Part shown: positions 9,680 through 18,691 of the stretch, in pieces
How positions within the stretch are numbered: position 1 is the stretch's first letter
How the letters are laid out: each line of letters opens with the position of its first letter
From: Chitinophagaceae bacterium
GTDB taxonomy: Bacteria; Bacteroidota; Bacteroidia; Chitinophagales; Chitinophagaceae
Direction of reading: 5' to 3'
DNA: 64,000 nt
NCBI GenBank assembly: GCA_036383515.1
Contig: DASVOE010000077.1
Location: forward strand, 7,741 to 71,740
Position numbers and translations under genes: made by a program
The notes under the pieces: model-generated
Databases searched by the model: none
Told to the model about the DNA's origin: nothing
Seen by the model: the letters and a program-made list of their open reading frames with translations, nothing else

Positions 9680-10414
9680 TTAGACCATGTCTAAATAGGG
9701 AACAGATGATGTTTTATTAGTTTTTTCTTTTAGATTTCGAGCAAAAACAAATAAGGCAATACAAAAAAGTATATTCTTTATTATCTCAGCGATATAGGTT
9801 AAATCTCCAAATGTAGCCACCTGGTCTTTATTAAGGTGGTCAATAAGGATAAAGAAAAAGAAAGACCCTCCTAAATAAATTAAGATACCTACTCCTATCC
9901 AGAAACAATAATGGTTATATATATATAAATTATGGGGGTTTTTGGAAAATTCGTAAAAGAAGATAAAAATGAAAATAAATATTAGAATTGTTTCAATACC
10001 TATCGGAACGGTATCCAATCTTTTTACATCCGTCGTTAAAACATAAAAGAGTTGAAATAAAAAAAACAAAACGGACACAATTAATACAATCGTTCGGGTT
10101 CTTTTCTTATTAATATTAGCCCAAAAGATTGCAACAAAAACAATGTATTCAAAAAAGGTGTATAACGTTTTAAAATACTTCCTGAGATCCCTGGGTATCT
10201 CGTCATAAAATAAAATAAATAAGCAGCAGAGAAGTCCATAAACTGCAAGAAGTAATGGTATGGACGCTTTCTTTTTGTAATACCAAAAAAGAAAGCACAG
10301 CGGAAGTAAGAGATAGGAATAGGCTACTATGTAAAAAAGCTTTTCTATACTTTGGATTTTTCCAAAAATAGAAAAACTTTTTCGAGATTTACAATGTTCT
10401 ACCGAATCATTCAA
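9680..10414 (-). CDS. polytopic integral membrane protein (about 6 TM), first gene of the kinase/regulator operon
   Basis: Six strongly hydrophobic segments. Very AT-rich codon usage. Its stop is 23 nt before the kinase start. Confidence 0.6.
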   Translation of the reverse strand: MNDSVEHCKSRKSFSIFGKIQSIEKLFYIVAYSYLLLPLCFLFWYYKKKASIPLLLAVYGLLCCLFILFYDEIPRDLRKYFKTLYTFFEYIVFVAIFWANINKKRTRTIVLIVSVLFFLFQLFYVLTTDVKRLDTVPIGIETILIFIFIFIFFYEFSKNPHNLYIYNHYCFWIGVGILIYLGGSFFFFILIDHLNKDQVATFGDLTYIAEIIKNILFCIALFVFARNLKEKTNKTSSVPYLDMV

Positions 10415-10849
10415 GATTTAGTCTTCCCAAACCGCGAGCATGTCAATGTCCCAGCATCTTGAATTTTTAGTAATCTTTTTCATAACAGTAACGTTTTTAC
10501 AGTGCCTAACAAATTTGTTTTGTGATATAAAAATTGCCCGAAAATCGGGGGAATTCAATGGCTGTTCCCAGCCCCCTGGCTTATAATTATGCTGAAAAGC
10601 AGGACAGTAAAGGGTTACAAGGAATTTTCCCCGTAACCTTACTCGTCAAAGTAGAGGGTTTTTCCTTAGTAAATACAGTAGTTTTACTAGTCGAAAAATA
10701 GGGATCTTACCCGGGATAATTACCGGAAAAACAGGCTTATTAACAGGTGTGGAAAAAGAGGAAGACTTTATAGACTGGCAGCAATTAGATATAAAATCGC
10801 GGAAAATATTATCAAAGATTATGCCGCCATGAAGTATAAAAGAAAAAAG

Positions 10850-10980
10850 AAGTTGATTGATACTGGATTTCGCTAACGGTCTTCAAAGGATTGGAAATTC
10901 TATTTTTGGACGGTTTCTCCACCTTTCGGCGGATTAAGGACATTGGATGTTTTGAGGGGCTCATCCTTATCAATCAACTT
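10850..10980. repeat. conserved noncoding element closed by an inverted repeat, copy 1 (homology continues to about 11067)
   Basis: AAGTTGATTGATA (10850-10862) is the perfect reverse complement of TATCAATCAACTT (10968-10980). The internal blocks are near-identical to copy 2 at 13111-13224. Confidence 0.7.
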
Positions 10981-11360
10981 GCCTCAAAAGTATATCCACA
11001 GTGGGATGTGCACAAGAGCATTATTGCGTTGTTTCAATTTCGTGGTTTTTACGGCCCATCCCGTAAAGACCCCCGGATTGAAATGAACAATTACGAAAAA
11101 ATGATTTTTTAAATGTGTTTGGTGAAGGTTTTATCATTGGATGGGGAATAAAATAAAGAGGTCAGGGCATTTGTAGTATAAAACTTCTGGCACTATAAAG
11201 AGAGGAAATATTTTCCTTAAAAAGCCATTATGAAGCGATGCAGCGTCTTTACCAGGAAAATTTAAAATAGATTAAGGAGGAACACAACGAGCTTTGGTAA
11301 CTAAAAAAGAGTATTTTTACGCAAATCAGTACCCCTTACTAATACCTAAACCAAGCTGCT

Positions 11361-12017
11361 ATGCCTACCCAAGAGATTAAAGTTGCAATTGCCGATGATC
11401 ATAAAATTTTCCGGGATGGAATCCGTATGGCGCTCCGTGATCGGGAGTATCTCAAGATTCTGTGGGAAGCCGAAGATGGCAAAGACCTGATGCATAAACT
11501 ACAATTAAAAGTTCCTGATGTATTACTGATGGATATCCGTATGCCTGAGGTAGATGGCATCAATGCCATTGGAATGATCCGGAAAGAGTATGAAGCAGTA
11601 AAGATCATTGTACTCACCATGTATGACGACCAGGAGATGATTACGAAAATGATGGAAATGGGGGCCAATGCCTACCTCACCAAGACTACAGATCCGGAGG
11701 AGATCTACCAGGCCATACTTACCTGCATGAATGATGATTTTTATTTTAATGAGCTGGTAAATAAAGCCGTGCTATTAAAATTGCAACATAAAAAAACGGT
11801 TCGGCAGTTTTATCCTAACCCGGTTAAGTTTAGCGAGAAGGAAATTAAAATACTAAAGCTCATTGCTGAAGATAAGACCACCGAGGATATATCTAAAGAA
11901 GTATTCCTGAGTCCCCGCACCATTGAGACTATCCGGCAGAATATGAAACAGAAAGTGGGCGCCAAGACCATTGCGGGCCTCGTGATGTATGCCATGCGTA
12001 ATAAATTGCTGGAGTAA
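11361..12017 (+). CDS. orphan NarL/FixJ-type response regulator (REC + LuxR HTH)
   Basis: IADDH / LMDIRMPEVDG receiver motifs and a LuxR HTH (FSEKEIKILKLIAEDKTTEDISKEVFLSPRTIETIRQN). No kinase gene is adjacent. Confidence 0.9.
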   Translation: MPTQEIKVAIADDHKIFRDGIRMALRDREYLKILWEAEDGKDLMHKLQLKVPDVLLMDIRMPEVDGINAIGMIRKEYEAVKIIVLTMYDDQEMITKMMEMGANAYLTKTTDPEEIYQAILTCMNDDFYFNELVNKAVLLKLQHKKTVRQFYPNPVKFSEKEIKILKLIAEDKTTEDISKEVFLSPRTIETIRQNMKQKVGAKTIAGLVMYAMRNKLLE

Positions 12018-12093
12018 GGTCCCTCTAAATCATTCCAATAGGAAGAACTCCAACGATGCCAATAGCCCGGATAATTTATTTATAAAAAAGTCC

Positions 12094-12837
12094 ATGAGTA
12101 ATATCAACGACAGTTATTTCGACGGGTATTATAAAGATATCTGGAAAACGATCATTCCGGTTGAACTGACAACAAGAGAGGTTGATTTTATGCTCTCTTA
12201 TTTTAACCTGCAGCCAGGGAGTAAAGTACTGGATATAATGTGCGGTTATGGAAGGCATGCTATCGCCTTAGCAGAAAAAGGAATGGAAGTAACAGCTGTT
12301 GATAACCTGGGCGAGTATATTGATGAAATAATTCAAAAAGCCCAGGTGCAATCATTGGCAATAAAAGCAATAAAGGTGGATGTGGCGGTTTACGAGACGA
12401 AAGATGTTTTTGACCTGGTGATTTGTATGGGGAACAGTCTTAATTTTTTTCCCGAGAAGGAAGTGCTGGATATATTCTCTCACCTTTCTTCCCGCCTGAA
12501 ACCCGGAGGATATTTATTAATTAATTCCTGGTCAATAGCAGAGATTGCCATAAAAACGTTTAAAGAGAAATCATGGTCAGAGATCAATGGCATTAAATTC
12601 CTTTCAGAATCTTTCTTTTTATTTCACCCCACCCGTACAGAAACGAAAAGTATAATGATTTCACCGGATGGAACTACGGAAACAAAAACCGGGATAGACT
12701 ATATTTTCTCCATTGCTGAATTAGAAAGGATGCTTACTCAAACCGGTTTTACATTAAAAGAAGTGTACAGTATACCCGGCAAGAAAAAATTTGCATTGGG
12801 TGAGCCGAGAGCTTATATCATAGCCGAGAAACTATAA
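12094..12837 (+). CDS. class I SAM-dependent methyltransferase
   Basis: Motif I VLDIMCGYGRHA and post-I EVTAVD. ATG 12094 (MSNINDSYF...) is preferred over the upstream start that overlaps the regulator. Confidence 0.8.
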   Translation: MSNINDSYFDGYYKDIWKTIIPVELTTREVDFMLSYFNLQPGSKVLDIMCGYGRHAIALAEKGMEVTAVDNLGEYIDEIIQKAQVQSLAIKAIKVDVAVYETKDVFDLVICMGNSLNFFPEKEVLDIFSHLSSRLKPGGYLLINSWSIAEIAIKTFKEKSWSEINGIKFLSESFFLFHPTRTETKSIMISPDGTTETKTGIDYIFSIAELERMLTQTGFTLKEVYSIPGKKKFALGEPRAYIIAEKL

Positions 12838-13110
12838 AAGTTGATTTTATTTAATATTATTTTCCTTCAGAAGTCAATTCCTGGTCATTCTTGCTCAATA
12901 CAATTTTTGAATGGATACATATTTAGCACACAGCTAAATATAAAATTGTCTTAGTCTTAAAAGGCAAACCCCAGCGTTATGAGGACCGGGGTTCTTACGT
13001 TACTGTTATGAAAAGAAAAAGGTAATTAGATGCTGATCTTCATAAGGACGGGTATTAGCATTTCAGTTAGATATGGTGGATAATAAAAACGGGTTTTATT
13101 ATAAAAGAGA

Positions 13111-13224
13111 AAGTTGATTGACGGGAGAGTGTCGTCTGGTCTTTCAAAGGATTGGAAATAATTTTCTGGACGGTTTGGACATTGGATGAGTAGGAATAAA
13201 CGAGTCATCCGTATCAATCAACTT
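13111..13224. repeat. conserved noncoding element closed by an inverted repeat, copy 2 (homology continues to about 13313)
   Basis: AAGTTGATTGA (13111-13121) is the reverse complement of TCAATCAACTT (13214-13224). It shares the GGTCTT(T)CAAAGGATTGGAAAT, GGACGGTTT and GGACATTGGATG...CATCC blocks with copy 1. Confidence 0.7.
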
Positions 13225-13477
13225 TCGATACAAATGTATATTCACACACAGATGTTAACAAGAGGGTAACTGCTCTATTTAATTTCTTCGGTATTTACTG
13301 TCGCCATCGTAAAAAAGTAAAATGGCTATCGTAGAGTTTCTCATAATGGTTTAAGTAGTGGTACTTTCCACAAATACCAAATCAAGTACTTTCACTATGG
13401 TATATGTTGCGGGATTTTTCCATCTTTGATGAAGAACAAACAATGAAATCCAAATATTTTTACTAATAATTCAATTC

Positions 13478-14152
13478 ATGAAAAACCCCGACACTAACTC
13501 AGTAATCCGCGTAGCCATTGCCGACGATCATGCCCTCTTCCGGACAGGCGTTAAAACGTCACTTTCCAGCCGTAAGGATATTCAAATGGTAGCTGAAGCG
13601 GAAAACGGAATGCAACTACTGAACCTGTTGCGACATATCCAGCCTGATGTCGTATTGCTCGATATCCAGATGCCGATCATGGATGGTCTTTCTACTTTGC
13701 CTGAGATCAAGAAGCTTTATCCCAACGTAAAAGTAATTATGCTTTCCATGCACAACGATCATTCTGTAATATCCAAGATGATGGAAATTGGCGCTAATTC
13801 CTATCTTACCAAAGAGTCTGGTTCAGAAATGATCTATGAAGCAATTAAAGGAGTGTTTGAGCATGATTTCTATTTTAATGAACTCACAAATAAAGCCCTG
13901 TTAAGCGGACTGCGTACAAAACGTACAGTAGAATCTTCTATGCCGGCAGATGTGCAACTCACCGAAAAGGAAATCACAATTCTTAAACTGATGTGTGATG
14001 AAAAAAGCACTAAGGAGATCGCAGATATCGTTGATCTTAGTCCCCGTACTGTAGAAGCGATCCGGGATAAATTAAAAACAAAAACAGGAACCAAATCAAT
14101 GGCAGGCCTCGTCATGTATGCTGTAAAAGCAGGCTTGGTAGAGCAACATTGA
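13478..14152 (+). CDS. orphan NarL/FixJ-type response regulator (REC + LuxR HTH)
   Basis: IADDH / LLDIQMPIMDG receiver motifs and a LuxR HTH (LTEKEITILKLMCDEKSTKEIADIVDLSPRTVEAIRDK). It is a paralog of 11361-12017. Confidence 0.9.
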   Translation: MKNPDTNSVIRVAIADDHALFRTGVKTSLSSRKDIQMVAEAENGMQLLNLLRHIQPDVVLLDIQMPIMDGLSTLPEIKKLYPNVKVIMLSMHNDHSVISKMMEIGANSYLTKESGSEMIYEAIKGVFEHDFYFNELTNKALLSGLRTKRTVESSMPADVQLTEKEITILKLMCDEKSTKEIADIVDLSPRTVEAIRDKLKTKTGTKSMAGLVMYAVKAGLVEQH

Positions 14153-14173
14153 ATTGCAAGATGATAGCATAAA

Positions 14174-14209
14174 ATGCCATTCGTAAAAAGCGGATGGCAT
14201 TTTTGTTTT
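14174..14209 (+). terminator. rho-independent terminator
   Basis: ATGCCATTCG / CGGATGGCAT stem (one G-U pair) followed by TTTTGTTTT. Confidence 0.7.
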
Positions 14210-14220
14210 ACTTTGAACCC

Positions 14221-15060
14221 ATGAATTATACCTGTGTCAATGCAAAGCTGTTTCCTGCAGATCAGCCGGTACTGATGGCTGATAACAGAGGCTATCGTTA
14301 CGGTGATGGGTTATTTGAAACCATGAAACTTGTAAATGGGACAATTCAGTTATCGAACTTTCATTTTGAAAGGCTTTTTGCAAGCATGGAGCTATTGAAA
14401 TTCGATATTCCTGGATTACTGAATGCAGAAAAACTCCACCAGGACATTATTCAACTTTGTTACAAAAACAAATGTGAAAAACTAGCGAGAATAAGATTAT
14501 CTGTTTTTCGCGGTAATGGTGGATTGAATGACGGTGACAAAACACCTGCGTATATAATTGAATGCTGGCCCCTGAATGAGTCATTCAATCAACTAAACGA
14601 AAATGGACTGGTGATTGGCATTTACCCGGAAGCGAAAAAGAGCTGCGATATTTTTTCAAACCTTAAATCATCGAATTACCTGCCTTATACTATGGCGGCA
14701 CAGTTTGCAAAAGAAAATAAATGGAACGATGCTATTGTCTTAAACCAGTATGGAAGAGTGGCAGATATGTCCATCGCTAATATTTTTATAATAAAAGAAG
14801 ATACGGTTATTACACCGGCATTAAGCGAGGGTGGTGTAAAAGGCGTGATGAGAAGATACCTGGTAGAACAATTAAGGAGTGTTGGTTATGAGGTACGTGA
14901 AGAAGCAATAACGGTTCATGATATAAACCATGCTGACGAAGTTTTTTTAACAAACGCCATCTTTGGTATTCGTTGGGTGAAGCAATTCAATGATAAGATA
15001 TATCCCTCTGTAAAAACGGTGAAGATTTTTAATCAATTGATTAAAACAATTTCAGCCTGA
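14221..15060 (+). CDS. class IV aminotransferase-fold protein, aminodeoxychorismate lyase-like
   Basis: RGYRYGDGLFET start motif, NLKSSNYL, and the typical length. ATG 14221 is placed after the terminator hairpin. Confidence 0.7.
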   Translation: MNYTCVNAKLFPADQPVLMADNRGYRYGDGLFETMKLVNGTIQLSNFHFERLFASMELLKFDIPGLLNAEKLHQDIIQLCYKNKCEKLARIRLSVFRGNGGLNDGDKTPAYIIECWPLNESFNQLNENGLVIGIYPEAKKSCDIFSNLKSSNYLPYTMAAQFAKENKWNDAIVLNQYGRVADMSIANIFIIKEDTVITPALSEGGVKGVMRRYLVEQLRSVGYEVREEAITVHDINHADEVFLTNAIFGIRWVKQFNDKIYPSVKTVKIFNQLIKTISA

Positions 15061-15078
15061 GCTTGTTTCTGTTTCTTT

Positions 15079-16383
15079 ATGAAACCTATTGTCAATCTTT
15101 TCTGGTTCCGTCGCGACCTCCGCTTAGAAGATAATGCAGGATTGTATCATGCTTTAAAAGACAGTAACCCTGTTCTCCCTCTTTTTATTTTTGATAAAAA
15201 CATATTGGATGAACTCGATGACCAGAAGGACAGGCGGGTGGAATTCATCCACCTTGCGTTAGTGCAATTACAACAGCAACTGCTAAAACTGGGGTCCACG
15301 CTTGATGCCAGGCATGGATTTCCGAAAGACATTTACAAACAGTTACTGAATGAGTATACAATAGAAAAAGTTTTTACCAATCATGATTACGAACCGTATG
15401 CAAAAGAAAGAGATGCTGCCATCATCGAACTGTTGAAAGAAAACGGGGCCAGCTTTCATTCGTATAAAGACCAGGTGATATTGGAAAAAAATGAAGTACT
15501 TAAAGATGATGGCAAACCTTATACCGTGTTTACGCCCTACTCACGTAAATGGAAAGCCATAGTAAATGATTTTCACCTGAAAGCCTATCCCAATAAAAAA
15601 TATTTCAACAATTTTTATAAACAACCCGAACGGAAATTGCCTTCATTAGCCGAAATGAATTTTCAAGCAGCGGATCAATCCTTTCCCGGCAAGGAATGGC
15701 AGGGAGCTGTTATCAGGAATTATAAAGAGCAACGGGATATACCTTCCATACAGGGAACATCAAGATTAAGTGTACACCTTCGGTTTGGAACGATCAGTAT
15801 ACGGGTATTAGCGGATGAAGCTGGGGCCTTCAACGAAGCATTTCTCAACGAATTGATATGGCGGGACTTTTACCAGATGATCTTATGGCATTTCCCGAAA
15901 GTGGTCGGCAATGCTTTCAAACCGGAGTACGATACTATCAAATGGAGGAACAATGAAAAAGAATTTGAAGCATGGTGCAGTGGACAAACAGGTTATCCCA
16001 TCGTGGATGCCGGTATGCGGGAATTAAATGAAACCGGTTTTATGCATAATCGTGTTCGTATGATCGTTGCTTCGTTTTTGACAAAACATTTGCTCAGTGA
16101 CTGGCGCTGGGGCGAAGCTTATTTTGCAAAAAAATTATTGGACTTTGACCTGGCCGCAAATAATGGAGGCTGGCAATGGGCTGCCGGTAGCGGTTGTGAT
16201 GCAGCGCCCTATTTCCGGATCTTTAATCCTTACCTGCAAACAAAAAAATTTGATCCCGAATTAAAATATATCCGGCAATGGGTACCGGAGTTCGAAGAAC
16301 TCAGTTATCCGTTGCCTATAGTAGAACATGAAGTGGCCAGGAAAAGATGTCTTGAAGTATATGCTGCCGCACTTAAAAAATGA
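15079..16383 (+). CDS. deoxyribodipyrimidine photolyase / cryptochrome family
   Basis: FWFRRDLRLEDN, WRDFY, TGYPIVDAGMRELNETGFMHNRVRM and WQWAAGSG motifs. Confidence 0.9.
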   Translation: MKPIVNLFWFRRDLRLEDNAGLYHALKDSNPVLPLFIFDKNILDELDDQKDRRVEFIHLALVQLQQQLLKLGSTLDARHGFPKDIYKQLLNEYTIEKVFTNHDYEPYAKERDAAIIELLKENGASFHSYKDQVILEKNEVLKDDGKPYTVFTPYSRKWKAIVNDFHLKAYPNKKYFNNFYKQPERKLPSLAEMNFQAADQSFPGKEWQGAVIRNYKEQRDIPSIQGTSRLSVHLRFGTISIRVLADEAGAFNEAFLNELIWRDFYQMILWHFPKVVGNAFKPEYDTIKWRNNEKEFEAWCSGQTGYPIVDAGMRELNETGFMHNRVRMIVASFLTKHLLSDWRWGEAYFAKKLLDFDLAANNGGWQWAAGSGCDAAPYFRIFNPYLQTKKFDPELKYIRQWVPEFEELSYPLPIVEHEVARKRCLEVYAAALKK

Positions 16384-16389
16384 TCTTAC

Positions 16390-17673
16390 TTAGTCAAAAC
16401 GTGGATTCACAAAATTGTTGAGTTTGGAACCAAACCGGTAGTTGATACCAAAAAAAGTATATACTCTATACCCTGATGCAAGTTCCCGGCGACGAATAAG
16501 TACTTCCTGAAGCGAAGCTGCTTCTTTCGGTAAGAACAGTTGATCGCGGGTCAATTCCGCAGAAGTATAAATATTAAACGAAAGACCACCGGTTATCCGG
16601 ATATCTATTTCAGCATTGATACCAAGGTTGAAATATTTCCAGTTATGCAAATAGTTGTGATACTCCGCACCAATTGATATGGTCCCCCATTTCTGGTTGA
16701 ATTTAAGATTGCTTTCGACACCATGCTCCCACAACGTTTCTTTGATCTTATCATATAAAGTGGTGTCAAAATAGTTATTGCGTCTTGCACCAACAAGATA
16801 CGATATGGTAAAGAATCGGTTATTCACTTCCTTGTAAGGAAAAATAGCATATTCTATTCCTGTTCGGTATAAGACCCTGCTTTTGTTGTTTGAAAAGGTA
16901 CTGCGGGAAAAGACCAGTTCATATCCCCATGACCAATGATCACTAATACTTTTTATCAGAAAATGCTGAAGTTGATAATTGTCATTCTTGTTAATTATCG
17001 TTTGTGGAGTGCCTGTACTATCCTCCGATTCGTAAGAGGTCTTATTTTTACTTCCACCGAAATCAAAACCAATTTTTAATTTATCGGTTACCCGGTTGAC
17101 TGATACATTACCTCCAAGTCTATTTTCTTTATAATTCTCATCTGCAGAGATGTTTCCATTAACTCCTGTTCTGAAAACCCAGTAATTCCAGGGATCTTTG
17201 GTTGTCTTTGATGTGGAATCTTTTTTTCCCTGGCTTCCTACATCCTTTGTTTTCATTTGTATTACTATAGCTTTTGCCATTTTTGTTTTGGCAACAAAAG
17301 GAGATAGCCCCAGTTTAAGATAGTTGATCAGTAATTCCCTCTCTTCAAAATCAGTAGCATTCGGATCAGTAGTGCAACGGATAGTATCTTTATTATTTTT
17401 AAACTCATGTTGTCCAAAAAAGATCAGTTGAAACTGGTTTCCGCCTCCACCCGTATTTTGTTCGGTGATCAACACATGCACATCGGCTGCCTGCCTGTCG
17501 AGCATAAAATCAACGAGGTTGATCTCGGTGCGGATAAAATTCATATCACACCAGGTATTACTGCAGTCAATAAATACTTTTAGCTTATCTGCAATTTTAT
17601 TTTGTGCAGGAACTTCAACAGTAATAAAAATGGAAGAAATAAGGACCACAATAAGCAGAAACCATTTTCTCAT
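16390..17673 (-). CDS. hypothetical secreted or outer-membrane protein (beta-rich C-terminal half)
   Basis: Signal peptide MRKWFLLIVVLISSIFITVEVPAQ. The C-terminal two-thirds has an alternating-residue beta pattern. No family was recognised. Confidence 0.5.
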   Translation of the reverse strand: MRKWFLLIVVLISSIFITVEVPAQNKIADKLKVFIDCSNTWCDMNFIRTEINLVDFMLDRQAADVHVLITEQNTGGGGNQFQLIFFGQHEFKNNKDTIRCTTDPNATDFEERELLINYLKLGLSPFVAKTKMAKAIVIQMKTKDVGSQGKKDSTSKTTKDPWNYWVFRTGVNGNISADENYKENRLGGNVSVNRVTDKLKIGFDFGGSKNKTSYESEDSTGTPQTIINKNDNYQLQHFLIKSISDHWSWGYELVFSRSTFSNNKSRVLYRTGIEYAIFPYKEVNNRFFTISYLVGARRNNYFDTTLYDKIKETLWEHGVESNLKFNQKWGTISIGAEYHNYLHNWKYFNLGINAEIDIRITGGLSFNIYTSAELTRDQLFLPKEAASLQEVLIRRRELASGYRVYTFFGINYRFGSKLNNFVNPRFD

Positions 17674-17823
17674 GTCGTTGGTTTGGGTTGTGATAGCAAA
17701 TAGAACAAAAAAAGAGTAGCCAGGAAATATAATTTTATTAATACAAGATAATCTCTAGTAAAAAAACTTAGTAAACAACTTTACAAGAAGAGAAAATTAA
17801 TTGACAACAGGTAGTTGTGTTTA

Positions 17824-18666
17824 TTAAAGAAATAAAACATCTTCATCATCCGTTTCCAGGTTATTGATCTCAAGAAAAACCTGCTGTAAATTTTCAATGG
17901 CTTCTCTGCCTTCTTCTCCAAGGTCAAGGCTATATTTGTTTACATAGAGGTCAATGTGCCGGCGCATCACATCCTCACTCATTTCCTGCGCATGTTGTTG
18001 TACATAATCAGTAATGGTGGGATAGCTTGAAAAAGCATACTCAAGGCTTTTGCGGATCAGTTCATTTACTTTCAGGGCTACGGATCTTTTTACCGATTGG
18101 GTAATAGCAATACCACCTAATGGTACCGGCAGTTCTGTTTTTTCTTCCCAGTATTCACCGAGATCCATCACTTTGTACAATCCTTTCTGTTGATAGATAA
18201 ACCTGTTTTCATGAATAATAACACCAAGGTCGGTTTCTTTATTCACCAATGCATCTTCAATAGCTGAAAAAAGCATGAATTTTTTATCCTTTGCTTCGGG
18301 GTAGGCGAAACTAAAGAGCAGGTCAGCCGTTGTGTTAGCACCCGGCAACGCAATAGATGCCTGGTTAATTTCATCATCCGATATGTTGTGTTTTGCATCC
18401 GTAATTAATAAAGGCCCGACACCATTGCCAAGTGCACTGCCTGCATTCAATAAAACATAATGAGATAATGATTTGAAAAAAGCAGGGAAACTCAGCTTGG
18501 TAATATCCAACCGCCCTTCTAATGCCCATTTGTTAAGCGTTTCCACATCTTCCAGTATCGCTTCAAATTCGAAGCCTTCAGTATCAATCTTTTTATTCAC
18601 CAATGCATCAAAAATAAAAGTATCGTTGGGACAGGGTGAGAAGCCGAGTGTAAATTTCAAGTTCAC
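17824..18666 (-). CDS. mqnD: 1,4-dihydroxy-6-naphthoate synthase (futalosine pathway)
   Basis: N-terminal GFSPCPNDTFIFDAL motif, about 280 aa, adjacent to mqnB. Confidence 0.8.
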   Translation of the reverse strand: MNLKFTLGFSPCPNDTFIFDALVNKKIDTEGFEFEAILEDVETLNKWALEGRLDITKLSFPAFFKSLSHYVLLNAGSALGNGVGPLLITDAKHNISDDEINQASIALPGANTTADLLFSFAYPEAKDKKFMLFSAIEDALVNKETDLGVIIHENRFIYQQKGLYKVMDLGEYWEEKTELPVPLGGIAITQSVKRSVALKVNELIRKSLEYAFSSYPTITDYVQQHAQEMSEDVMRRHIDLYVNKYSLDLGEEGREAIENLQQVFLEINNLETDDEDVLFL

Positions 18667-18691
18667 GAGTTTATAAGTTCACAAGTTGGGT

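Noticed and set aside
10415-10837. Remaining ORF-free DNA upstream of the membrane/kinase operon, with several short hairpins (CCCGAaaaTCGGG, GGTTAC...GTAACC). It was scanned for tRNA, sRNA or pseudogene remnants.
   Set aside because: It has no tRNA-like T-arm or acceptor features, no terminator-bounded unit, and no similarity to other parts of the window. It cannot be supported as a feature.
10891-11112. 73-aa ORF (TTG start) covering conserved element copy 1. Its counterpart is the 63-aa minus-strand ORF 13026-13217 over copy 2.
   Set aside because: The conserved nucleotide blocks fall in different reading frames in the two copies. The equivalent frame is interrupted by a stop in the other copy on both strands, so the conservation is not protein-coding.
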